Source: Bdellovibrionota bacterium FG-1 (GTDB lineage: Bacteria > Bdellovibrionota > UBA1018). Taken from it: DNA of 64,000 nucleotides. The notes under the pieces were generated by a model. It worked only from the letters and a program-made list of their open reading frames with translations. It did no database searches and was not told the DNA's origin. The first letter of the stretch is position 1; each line of letters begins with the position of its first letter. Where the stretch lies: contig JBBCAW010000003.1 of assembly GCA_051382295.1 (NCBI GenBank), positions 63,351 through 127,350 on the forward strand. Reading direction: 5' to 3'. This document shows, in pieces, positions 20,317 through 28,931 of the stretch. A program made the translations under genes and the position numbers.

Positions 20317-21507
20317 ATGGAACACACAAAAATTCGGGACCCGGGCGCTTTTCAGGTTTCAGCGGGCGCAAAAGTAGGTTTTCTCTTTTTGGCTGCCCTG
20401 GGAATCGGTACTTTCATATTTGGACTTTCAACCGATCCTAGTCGTGTTTGGGCGGCTTTTTTGCATAATCACTTTTATTTCATGTGTCTGGGCCTGGGCG
20501 GTTTGTTCTTTGCGGCCCTTCAGTGGATGACGGGGGCGATGTGGAGCGCGCCGGTTCGGCGGGTGAGCGAGGCCTTTACTGCTTATCTTCCGTTTGCCCT
20601 GGTCACGATGGGGATCCTTTATTTTGGGATCCATCATCTCTATCTGTGGAGTCATGCCGAGCATGTTAAAGGCGACCTTGTGCTCGAAGGAAAGGCGGGG
20701 TGGTTAAGTCCGGTCTTCTTTATTCTTCGGGATGTAGGGGCGGTCGCGCTTTGGTGGTTCTTTGCTCGTAAGATGGTGGGACATTCGATTGCTCAGGACA
20801 CCGATGGGGCGATTAAACACACCTTGGCCAATCGCAAATGGGCCCCTGTTTTTACGGCCCTTTTTGCGATTACGTTCACGATGGTTTCGTACGATTTGCT
20901 CATGTCGTTGGATCCTCATTGGTTCAGTACGATGTACGGGGTTTATTGCTTTGCTGGCCTGTTTTATTCGAATTTGGCTCTGACTTGTATTGTTTCGATT
21001 TATTTGGTCAAGCAGGGAAAACTCAAGGGCATCGTCAATGACAATCACTTGCATGACTTAGGTAAGTTCATGTTCGCGATCTCGACCTTTTGGGCCTATA
21101 TCGGATTTTCGCAGTTCATGCTGATTTGGTACGCCAATTTGCCCGAGGAAACCGAATACTTCATGCGTCGCATGGTCGATGGATGGTTTTATGTGTCGGT
21201 ATTTTTGCTGGTGGGCAAATTTGTGATGCCCTTTTTTCTATTGCTGTCTCGCGATTCCAAGCGCAGTTCAAAAACGCTGGTTTTTGTGGGTTGCTGGATG
21301 CTTTTTGCGCAATGGGTGGATGTGATGTGGTTGGTACAACCTGAGTTTTTTAAAGAGGGTCCCCGTTTTGGCCTGCTGGAGTTGGGGATGTTCCTGGGCT
21401 TTGCAGGAGTGTTTTTGTTCTTAGTGACTCGCTTCTTGGGGCGTCACTCGGTCGTTGCGATCGGGGATCCAAGATTGGAAGAGTCGGTTTTTCATCATCA
21501 CCAGTAA
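20317..21507 (+). CDS. actF: Alternative complex III membrane subunit F
   Basis: D.LMSLDPHWFSTMYG, HLHDLGK, SQFMLIWYANLPEET. Confidence 0.92.
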   Translation: MEHTKIRDPGAFQVSAGAKVGFLFLAALGIGTFIFGLSTDPSRVWAAFLHNHFYFMCLGLGGLFFAALQWMTGAMWSAPVRRVSEAFTAYLPFALVTMGILYFGIHHLYLWSHAEHVKGDLVLEGKAGWLSPVFFILRDVGAVALWWFFARKMVGHSIAQDTDGAIKHTLANRKWAPVFTALFAITFTMVSYDLLMSLDPHWFSTMYGVYCFAGLFYSNLALTCIVSIYLVKQGKLKGIVNDNHLHDLGKFMFAISTFWAYIGFSQFMLIWYANLPEETEYFMRRMVDGWFYVSVFLLVGKFVMPFFLLLSRDSKRSSKTLVFVGCWMLFAQWVDVMWLVQPEFFKEGPRFGLLELGMFLGFAGVFLFLVTRFLGRHSVVAIGDPRLEESVFHHHQ

Positions 21508-21508
21508 T

Positions 21509-21605
21509 CGAAATTAAAAAACTGTGCCGGGGTCGTCCATCCCTGGACTCCGCGCGAAAACGCGCTTCCTGCGCGCGCGGATCCCCTCACAGTTTTTTAA
21601 TTTCG
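21509..21605 (-). repeat. Structured dispersed element, copy 2
   Basis: Same core; unrelated 18-bp closing stem CGAAATTAAAAAACTGTG/CACAGTTTTTTAATTTCG; starts 1 nt after the actF stop. Confidence 0.9.
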
Positions 21606-21767
21606 CTCTCGTGGGGACAGGGGGGGCGGGGCGGTAGATTTGCCGCCGCAGCGGCGGTGGGTTTTGAAAATGGTCTACTAGACTGTGATTTCCGACTTAA
21701 ATAATCAAATAGCTCGTACCTGCATGAGTGATTTAGATTGATCTGGATCAGTCTATTTCGCTTGATG

Positions 21768-22004
21768 TTACGCCGCTTTTTTTAACCCTTCCAATCCTTC
21801 AACTATCAGTTTACGCATAATGGTCTGGTATGGAATACCCATTTTGAGGGCGATGGCCTTTAGTTCAGTAATGACGTCCTCTGGAAGATTAACGCTGGTC
21901 GGGTACTTCTTCGCAGTCTTGTGTTTGCTATAAGCCTTCTTGATAGTCTTGGCGTTGAAACTGACTTTAGAATAGCCTTTTTCATTCTTTACATAGTTCG
22001 GCAT
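21768..22004 (-). CDS. BrnA/CopG-like antitoxin
   Basis: K.PTSVNLPEDV..ELK..A...GIPYQT. Confidence 0.8.
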   Translation of the reverse strand: MPNYVKNEKGYSKVSFNAKTIKKAYSKHKTAKKYPTSVNLPEDVITELKAIALKMGIPYQTIMRKLIVEGLEGLKKAA

Positions 22005-22326
22005 AAAATCTCCGTTCCTTTTTGTTCATCTTGCGGATGTGGATGATCCGAATCCCCGCTCCGCGCATCGTAAAACACACGAACACCGGTTTGAGTCCAT
22101 CAGTGAGGCCAAGGACGCCGTATCGAGGTTCCGTAACTCTTGGTGTAAGTTGTTCGCCCAGGACCCGTATCGCTTCGATTTGTTCAAATACTGACTCGGC
22201 CTCCTCACGGGTAATTCCGTGCTTTTTGAGGTTCTTGGTACGATTCCCCAAGTCCCAATCGAAAGCAAAATCCGACTGATTGTCAAACCAATCGACCAGC
22301 CACTGAATGAAACGAAACGTCGCCAT
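21982..22326 (-). CDS. BrnT-family ribonuclease toxin
   Basis: FDWD.GN..KN..KHGI...EAE.VF, E.RY..LG, FT.R...IRII..R.M..KER. Confidence 0.9.
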   Translation of the reverse strand: MATFRFIQWLVDWFDNQSDFAFDWDLGNRTKNLKKHGITREEAESVFEQIEAIRVLGEQLTPRVTEPRYGVLGLTDGLKPVFVCFTMRGAGIRIIHIRKMNKKERRFYAELCKE

Positions 22327-22334
22327 AACTGGAT

Positions 22335-22366
22335 ACACTATATTACACTATGATTCACTATGTCAA
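22335..22366 (-). promoter_or_regulatory. Sigma70 promoter with three CACTAT direct repeats (putative operator) for the BrnT/A operon
   Basis: Minus strand TTGACATAGTGAATCATAGTGTAATATAGTGT. Confidence 0.6.
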
Positions 22367-22472
22367 CAGTGCGAAACGGCGGGCCAGGAGGCCGGTCATT
22401 CATCGATCTCGGCAGTGCTAGGTGAACTCGCAGCCGGAAATATCAAAAACCGCGCGCGGGTTTTGATATGAC

Positions 22473-22776
22473 TCAAAACCCAAAAACTCCGCCAACTGTG
22501 AGCGAAGTCGCGCTAAACTCGCCTTGTCCTTCGTCAAAGACTAAGTGGATCCAGGCTAAGTCGGCGGTTACCCCGATCGATCTCATGATTTGAAAGTGAA
22601 TGAAACGATAAGGTATCCGAAACCGGGGAGAACTTGAAGTATCCCGAAGCCGAATCTCCGTTCTTAAAAAGCCTCCGTACTGTCGGAAAGATCTGTGGGC
22701 CAACCATATGTTGAAATCCTAGGACCTCAGGACTGACAAACATTGTGGTGTAATAAATCCCAGCCTGGATGCTCAC
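22473..22776 (-). pseudogene. Frameshifted remnant of a small outer-membrane protein gene
   Basis: Two overlapping short frames; the last ends LTVGGVFGF (beta-signal-like); no signal peptide. Confidence 0.35.
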
Positions 22777-22863
22777 TCGCCAGTGGGTATTACGCTAACC
22801 CCGCGCGTGCCCTGGTTTTTTCCTGCGCTCTTCCTTTTTCATCACATGATTCGGGACCAGTTT

Positions 22864-23070
22864 TTAAAGTCTGAACCAATCCAAACTGATTGCCGCGACG
22901 ATTTCTTCCTTGGAGTCGCGGAGAATGGGCTCGGCTTTGGTCAGGGTTTCGAGCAGCATTTCGCGAATTCGCATAAAGTCAGGCTCTGAGAGGGCTAATG
23001 CGCCCGAGTAATGGAGATCGGATTTGGCGGGAAGATCGAGCGCAGCGATTGCCTTCATGCGCCAGTTGTT
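22864..23070 (-). pseudogene. C-terminal fragment of a TIGR02147/DUF4423 protein
   Basis: NWRMKAI......DLHYS....LSE.D...IRE.L....S.EE.....LDWF, homologous to the end of 1133-1874. Confidence 0.75.
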
Positions 23071-23185
23071 TGGTTATGCCTCACCATGGAAATAGTGGTT
23101 TATTTGGCATGAACTATATAACATATTGTTTTTAATTAATATTATTACGTATTTACATAGTAAAAATATGTAGTATCATAGAGAT

Positions 23186-23719
23186 ATGTTAAAGGATGTT
23201 TTCGAAAAAGCAAAACGAAAGGCAAAGCTTCTTCAAAAGCTTCGGCAGGATCCCCGTTATTTGAAGACCATTGGAAAGCTAAAGCGTGAAGGGCTGCTGG
23301 ATGTCCGCGACATCCCGAAATATCGAGGACAGGTTTTCTTAAAAGATGCAATCTGGGCGGCTCAGCTTGAGCCACGAATTTTTGAGCTGCTTCCGGCCAT
23401 TATTACGAGGCGGCCCAGCCTATTCGTGTTTTTTGACCTTCCTCCGGACCTTAAACAGGTGACCCAAGAACTTAAAGCTGGACACGCCCATTCTCCCTAT
23501 CAAGGGATTTCGCCCGAAAAATACCAGCACTGGCTGTCGTTTGTTGGACGAACGAACAGCCGGCCTAAAATCATGAAGTCATTTCGATTGAGCCAAGAAG
23601 ATCTCGCACTCTTACGCCGCCTCACCGACGAGACAGCACTCACCCAAACCGAAGTTTTACAAATCGCACTCAGGGATTTTGCAAAAGGTAAAATCACCGA
23701 TTCCAAGGAATCTTGGTAA
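23186..23719 (+). CDS. Hypothetical protein with a C-terminal RHH/CopG-like module
   Basis: 177-aa ORF ending KSFRLSQEDLALLRRL......TQTEVL..AL. Confidence 0.6.
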   Translation: MLKDVFEKAKRKAKLLQKLRQDPRYLKTIGKLKREGLLDVRDIPKYRGQVFLKDAIWAAQLEPRIFELLPAIITRRPSLFVFFDLPPDLKQVTQELKAGHAHSPYQGISPEKYQHWLSFVGRTNSRPKIMKSFRLSQEDLALLRRLTDETALTQTEVLQIALRDFAKGKITDSKESW

Positions 23720-23779
23720 AGTCACTTGGCGGGTCAGCGATTGATGCTGTGATGGGTGCGAGGTAATCAGTAATTTTGA

Positions 23780-23870
23780 CCAACACCGACGTCGACGCTC
23801 ATTCTTCGAGCCAATGGGATTTACTGCCGCGGGAAGGCAGTTGATGCAACTCTTCGCCGTGAATTAAAAA
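23780..23870. repeat. Single-unit relative of the 61.7-kb hairpin array
   Basis: CAACACCGACGTCG...TGGGATT(T)TACTGCCGC...GGCAGTTGA.GCAACTC.TCGCCGTG aligns with both flanks of 61685-61925. Confidence 0.8.
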
Positions 23871-24054
23871 ATCGAGAACACTCGCTTTCAACTGCAATGC
23901 CGCGGGACCTGGTGGTTTGACCTTTAAAATCATTGGACAATGACTGATCCCTGAGTCATCTATCCCCAGATTTTGTCTGTTGCCAAAATTTGTCAACACT
24001 TTAGTGACAATGTTATTGCGCAATGCGTTGTAATACCATATAAGTGCCCTCGTT

Positions 24055-24855
24055 ATGAGTCACCAGATGGCCGTTCAAAAATTACTGCAGGCGCGAATGC
24101 TTGAGGCGAAGGCTAAGAACCCTTCCTTCTCCCTTCGTGCCTTTGCGGGAAAGATTGGGATTAGTCCGGCGATGGTGTCTCGGGTGCTTTCTGGCGAAAG
24201 ACAAGCTTCGCGAAAACTGATTCAGAAAATCATGAACGCCCTGATGCTCGATCCCGAGGAGCGCGCGGCAGTTTTGGCCCGCTTTCCGGCCTCCAAAAAA
24301 CGGCGGGATCTTCGACAGGTGGATGCGGTTGACCCTAGCTACCTGCAACTGACGGCGGATCATTTTCGGATGATCTCGGAGTGGCACTACTTTGCGATTT
24401 TGTCGTTGTTCAAGACCAAGAATTTTAAGAGCGAACCAGCTTGGATTGCGGCTCGATTAGGACTGAATCTCAGTACGGTCACTCAATCTTTGGAGCGCCT
24501 GAAGCGATTGGAGCTGATTTGTGAAACGAAAGATGGGGGGCTTCAGCGAAACTCGTCGAGGTTTCAGACGACGGATGACGTGGTGGATCTCTCGATTCGT
24601 AAGGCCCATTTTGAAACGTTGGAGCTGGCGCGCAAGTCGCTCGAATCTGATCCAGTCGAAAGACGAGATTTTACGAGCCTGACGCTGGCTTTTCCCTCGG
24701 AGCGAATGGGAGAGGCCAAGGCGCTGATCCGAAAATTTCAAGACGAGTTTGACTCGACATTTGAGGCCAATAGCGGTCCGAAGGACGAAGTCTACCGACT
24801 CTGGACGAGTCTTTTTCCATTAACGAAAGAAAATCAAAAGAAGGAGAACATATGA
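24055..24855 (+). CDS. TIGR02147/DUF4423-family HTH protein (intact)
   Basis: KNPSFSLRAFA..IGISP...SRVLSG.R, F..ISEWHYFAILSL, IRK.H...LE.A, R.FTS.T, EVY.L...LFPLT. Confidence 0.9.
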   Translation: MSHQMAVQKLLQARMLEAKAKNPSFSLRAFAGKIGISPAMVSRVLSGERQASRKLIQKIMNALMLDPEERAAVLARFPASKKRRDLRQVDAVDPSYLQLTADHFRMISEWHYFAILSLFKTKNFKSEPAWIAARLGLNLSTVTQSLERLKRLELICETKDGGLQRNSSRFQTTDDVVDLSIRKAHFETLELARKSLESDPVERRDFTSLTLAFPSERMGEAKALIRKFQDEFDSTFEANSGPKDEVYRLWTSLFPLTKENQKKENI

Positions 24856-25892
24856 AAATAGGAATTAGAGGCTTGATGAAAGGCCTGGCGCTAGCGATCA
24901 CGACGGTGGCGGTAGCAACGGGCGTCACGGCGGGCGAGAGAATTGGAAACGGTGGAGTGGGTGTGGTTTGTCGCAATCCTCAAGGCCGTATTGTCGGAAC
25001 GCCAGAGATGCTGGATGTCTTTGAGGCCGGAAATCAGTATCATCTGAATTTTGATAAAAGTCCCGGAATTAGCGTGGATATGCGGGTTAATTTGGCGCAG
25101 CTTCAGATGACCTCGAATCAAAAGTTCTTGTCGGATTTTCAAACTGAACTTGCCAGGGTTCGTTCCAAAATTACCTTCTTGAACCGCGGGATCGGTCTGG
25201 AGCCCACGAACGATGCTTTTCCGGTGATCAATAAAAGGGGCTGCAAATTTGAGCAGGTCGCTAACTACTCTAATGATGGCAACATCTATGTGGACAAAGA
25301 AATCTTTGACCGTCTCGATGGAGTGAATCAGGCGGCGCTTTACGTTCACGAAACAGTGTACGCGATCGCCCGCCACGAGGTGGGCGAGACGAGTTCGATT
25401 CGCTCGCGGAGGCTCACGGGCCAAGTATTGGCAAACAATTCGGACTCGGGCGTGATTCGCGAGTTGATGGCGCAGTTGAGTACGCCGCCGGCGCCCGTGG
25501 CGCCACCGAAGCCGCAAAGACCTATTGATAAAATTGTAAATGGCGCAACCTATGTTGATATGGGTCAAGAATATTGCGCGTTACATATCGAAAAAAATGC
25601 AAATACCGAGTTGGTAATAACGTTCATAGGCGATCCAAGAGGTAATAGGCAATGCAGTGGGGCAGGCGAAACTTGGATTTATGTTTGTACTGAGAAGGGG
25701 GTTTGTAGATCGTTAGGAGGGATCTTACAGGGTATGCAGAGTTTTGTTGACGGATCCCATGATCTTACGGGATGGCGAAAGGTGATGGAATTTAAAATTA
25801 TTGACGATGGCTCACTCTTGCAAAGGTCTTTCTACATGAAAGATGAGCGTGAAATTGAAGTTACTTCATGGGAAAAGTATATTTATTATTGA
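24852..25892 (+). CDS. Secreted GNGG-motif protein with a Pro linker and variable C-terminal domain
   Basis: Signal peptide, GERIGNGG.GVVC, C..EQVA, HETVY; ATGA-coupled to the TIGR02147 gene. Confidence 0.75.
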   Translation: MKIGIRGLMKGLALAITTVAVATGVTAGERIGNGGVGVVCRNPQGRIVGTPEMLDVFEAGNQYHLNFDKSPGISVDMRVNLAQLQMTSNQKFLSDFQTELARVRSKITFLNRGIGLEPTNDAFPVINKRGCKFEQVANYSNDGNIYVDKEIFDRLDGVNQAALYVHETVYAIARHEVGETSSIRSRRLTGQVLANNSDSGVIRELMAQLSTPPAPVAPPKPQRPIDKIVNGATYVDMGQEYCALHIEKNANTELVITFIGDPRGNRQCSGAGETWIYVCTEKGVCRSLGGILQGMQSFVDGSHDLTGWRKVMEFKIIDDGSLLQRSFYMKDEREIEVTSWEKYIYY

Positions 25893-25976
25893 TTTGTTTT
25901 TTGCCTTCCCGTGCCCAGCAGTCGCTGTGATTTGACAGCAACTTCAATGCGCAAATGACTATAAAGGAGTGAATTT

Positions 25977-26981
25977 ATGAAATACTTTTTCGTTGGAATG
26001 GCTTTAGTGGTTGGAAGTGTCTCCGTCGGTGTGACTGCTCCCGTCCGTGCGGACGACGGCCCCACGGTAGCCGAAGTGACTCGTAGTCCGTCTTTTGATT
26101 TGCTGGTCCAGGAATTTAAAAACGTAACCATCTCCGAAGTACAAGTGCGCGATCATGATCGGTATGGAAATCCGGCGACGGGCGTGACGAGTGCCAGCAT
26201 TGAGTTTAATATGTTGGTCATTCCTCGTGGTTGTAATACGAGCTACTACCGTGACGAAATCTTGGCTCGAATTCAGGGTCACGAATCCTTCCGGGATGTG
26301 AATCCAATCATGAAGGTTGATTTTGGGTTGATCGATGAAATCGGTGTCCTCTCCACTTGTGTGGGGTTGCCGCCACGGCCCGCACATCTTAAACTAGACT
26401 TGCTCAATGGGATCGATGCTACCTTTGGGCAGGATCGGGTATTTACCTTTCAATTCGACGGACCCGCAAACGCGCTCACGCATCATTTAGAACAGTGGAT
26501 TGTACGGGTGAATGTGAACCAAGCTACTGGAAAAATAGAGGTAGCCCCGATTGTTCGCAAAAACGACGAGCCTGTGATTCCGGCTGCATATATTCAAAAC
26601 GTTCAGTGCGACACTCTTGATCGGCGTCTTTTTGTTGGAGTGCCCTCTGACAAAGACCGACTTAACCTCGTGATCACCAAGGTCGCGGGTGACGTTGCGG
26701 ACGGCAAAAACTACTCCGTGGCCATTGAAGGCACGAGTAAATCCATTTTTGGCCCTGATTCAGGCCCGCAACAGCTTAAACTCATTGCTAATCCTCATCC
26801 ACCGAAAATGAGGGAACCCACCTTGCTTTCCCTGATTGATCCTTCAAGGAGTCCTATCCTCGAAGCGCAGCTCGATACGCGTAACTTGGGGTGGAAGGTC
26901 AATCGCCCTTTTTCATTGGAATTTAAGTCGGGAGAAAAGGTGTTTTTGGCCTCTTGCACCGTGACGGATATGGCGCAGTAG
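25977..26981 (+). CDS. Secreted hypothetical protein
   Basis: AAGGAG RBS; signal peptide ending VRA. Confidence 0.7.
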   Translation: MKYFFVGMALVVGSVSVGVTAPVRADDGPTVAEVTRSPSFDLLVQEFKNVTISEVQVRDHDRYGNPATGVTSASIEFNMLVIPRGCNTSYYRDEILARIQGHESFRDVNPIMKVDFGLIDEIGVLSTCVGLPPRPAHLKLDLLNGIDATFGQDRVFTFQFDGPANALTHHLEQWIVRVNVNQATGKIEVAPIVRKNDEPVIPAAYIQNVQCDTLDRRLFVGVPSDKDRLNLVITKVAGDVADGKNYSVAIEGTSKSIFGPDSGPQQLKLIANPHPPKMREPTLLSLIDPSRSPILEAQLDTRNLGWKVNRPFSLEFKSGEKVFLASCTVTDMAQ

Positions 26982-27029
26982 GCGTATTGGCCCTGGACCC
27001 GGGGCAAAAAACCCACTGAAAAAAAAGGG

Positions 27030-27386
27030 CTAAAGCCCGAGAATAATCCGCACGCGGCTCTCGGTGTCCGCCATCGTTTGTCGTGAAACGACGCCAATGC
27101 GCTTAATAAATCGATCGTTCGACATGGAACGCAGATCCTCGCACTTGATAAAGCTATCGTTTTTCAGGCCGCCTTCGGGGGGCTTCACGCCGACATGGGT
27201 CGGCCATCCGCGATGGGTGGACGTGATCGGTATTCCGATAACCAGATCAAGCGGTCCGTGGTTGAACGGATCAACAGAGAGAACCAGGCATGGCCTTACG
27301 CCCGCTTGCTCGCGGCCCTTGGTAGGATTGAAATCGACCAGCCAAATTTCACCGCGCGAAGGCGCTTGAACTTGAGGGGGGGTCAT
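27030..27386 (-). CDS. mazF: MazF/PemK endoribonuclease toxin
   Basis: RGEIWLVDFNPT.GREQAG.RP.LVLS...FN, PITS, EGGL...S. Confidence 0.92.
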   Translation of the reverse strand: MTPPQVQAPSRGEIWLVDFNPTKGREQAGVRPCLVLSVDPFNHGPLDLVIGIPITSTHRGWPTHVGVKPPEGGLKNDSFIKCEDLRSMSNDRFIKRIGVVSRQTMADTESRVRIILGL

Positions 27387-27631
27387 TTCTTGTCGTCCGA
27401 TTCATCAGAAAGGGCGCCTTCCCAAAGCTTTCGCTCGGCAAGTTCTTCTTCCCAAGCCTTCGGATTCGACTTCACAGCTAAAACCTGGCTGTTCAGCTCC
27501 TCGAAGAACTTCGCTCGCCGGTAATTTTCGACCGCTTCGTCTAGGACGAGCTGCATCGGCTTGCCGGTCTTTTCGGAAAGCTGCTTGAGCGTGTCGTGTG
27601 TCGGTTGACTGATTTTTGCGGTAACGGCCAT
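27383..27631 (-). CDS. RHH antitoxin
   Basis: T.KIS..TH..LK.L...TG..MQ.VLDEAVE.YRR; ATGA overlap with the toxin. Confidence 0.85.
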   Translation of the reverse strand: MAVTAKISQPTHDTLKQLSEKTGKPMQLVLDEAVENYRRAKFFEELNSQVLAVKSNPKAWEEELAERKLWEGALSDESDDKK

Positions 27632-27730
27632 AAATCACCTCAATTCAAGTGTATCAATTGGTATACTAGTTTGTCCACCTAAAACTATATTTCATGGTAT
27701 ACTTGAAGCCATTGAGTTTTTTCTACATCA

Positions 27731-27814
27731 GTTATCTCCGTAGTATATGCGGCGATTAAACTCGCGTTTGCGGAGAATCGGCGCCATAATCTCCGTATGT
27801 TTTGCGGAGATTAT
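27731..27814. promoter_or_regulatory. Repeated ATCTCCG..(T)GCGGAGA(T) inverted repeats upstream of the fic gene
   Basis: TTATCTCCGTA-GTATA-TGCGGCGATT, TGCGGAGAAT, ATAATCTCCGTA-TGTTT-TGCGGAGATTAT. Confidence 0.55.
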
Positions 27815-27819
27815 GGCCG

Positions 27820-28920
27820 GTGAAATACATCCATGAACTCAAAAACTGGCCCGATTTTCAATGGGATCAGGAGCGTTTAGCGCCGCTCCTCGCTGCTGTC
27901 CGCCTTCGGCAAGGTCGACTGATTGGCCGGATGGAGGGGCTCGGGTTTAAGCTTCGGGCGGAGGCGGTTCTTCAGACTCTGACCGAAGATGTGCTGAAGT
28001 CGAGTGAAATTGAGGGCGAGAATCTCGATCGTCTTCAAGTACGGTCTTCGCTGGCGCGACGACTTGGGTTGGACGTAGGAGCGACCGCGAAGGCCGACCG
28101 AAACGTCGAAGGCGTCGTCGAGATGATGTTAGATGCCACCCAAAACCACGCAGCGCCACTGGGGGTGGATCGACTTTTTGGTTGGCACTGCGCGCTTTTT
28201 CCGACGGGTCGAAGCGGAATGTCTAAAATTCGCGTGGGTGACTGGCGAGATGACAGTGCTGGGCCGATGCAGGTGGTGTCCGGTCCGCTTGGGAGGGAAA
28301 AGATTCATTTTCAGGCGCCTGAGGCGACTCGTTTAACAGTGGAGATGCGCGCTTTTATCGCGTGGCTGGATAGTAAAAAGTCCATAGACCCGGTTCTGAA
28401 GGCCGGGGTAGCCCATCTTTGGTTTGTGACTCTTCATCCTTGTGATGATGGAAATGGCCGCATTGCGCGCGCGATTACGGATTTGGCGCTGGCGCGTTCG
28501 GAGGATAGTCCGCAGCGTTTTTACAGTATGTCGGCGCAAATTTGTTTAGAACGAAAAGCCTATTACGATATTTTGGAAACGACCCAGAGAGGTTCTTTGG
28601 ATATTACGGCTTGGCTGGAATGGTTTTTGGGTTGTTTGGAACGCGCGTTTCACGGCGCCGAAGGGATCCTTGAGGCGGTGCTGCGGAAGGCGCGTTTCTG
28701 GGAGGCACATCGAGAGATTTCTTTAAATGATCGGCAGCGAAAAATAGTGAATCGCCTCTTGGATGGGTTTTTTGGAAAGCTGACCTCTTCCAAGTGGGCA
28801 GTTTTGTGTAAGTGTTCGCAAGATACCGCGTCTCGTGACATCAGTGAACTTCTGGATCGCGGGGTTTTGATTAAAAACCCCGGCAGCGGGCGCAGTACGA
28901 GTTATTCGTTGGTGGCTTGA
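27820..28920 (+). CDS. Fic-family protein with N-terminal DUF4172 and C-terminal HTH
   Basis: YIHE...WP.F.WD, SSEIEGE, HPCDDGNGRIAR, S.DTA.RDI, GRSTSY. Confidence 0.92.
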   Translation: MKYIHELKNWPDFQWDQERLAPLLAAVRLRQGRLIGRMEGLGFKLRAEAVLQTLTEDVLKSSEIEGENLDRLQVRSSLARRLGLDVGATAKADRNVEGVVEMMLDATQNHAAPLGVDRLFGWHCALFPTGRSGMSKIRVGDWRDDSAGPMQVVSGPLGREKIHFQAPEATRLTVEMRAFIAWLDSKKSIDPVLKAGVAHLWFVTLHPCDDGNGRIARAITDLALARSEDSPQRFYSMSAQICLERKAYYDILETTQRGSLDITAWLEWFLGCLERAFHGAEGILEAVLRKARFWEAHREISLNDRQRKIVNRLLDGFFGKLTSSKWAVLCKCSQDTASRDISELLDRGVLIKNPGSGRSTSYSLVA

Positions 28921-28931
28921 TTTCTCAGAAG

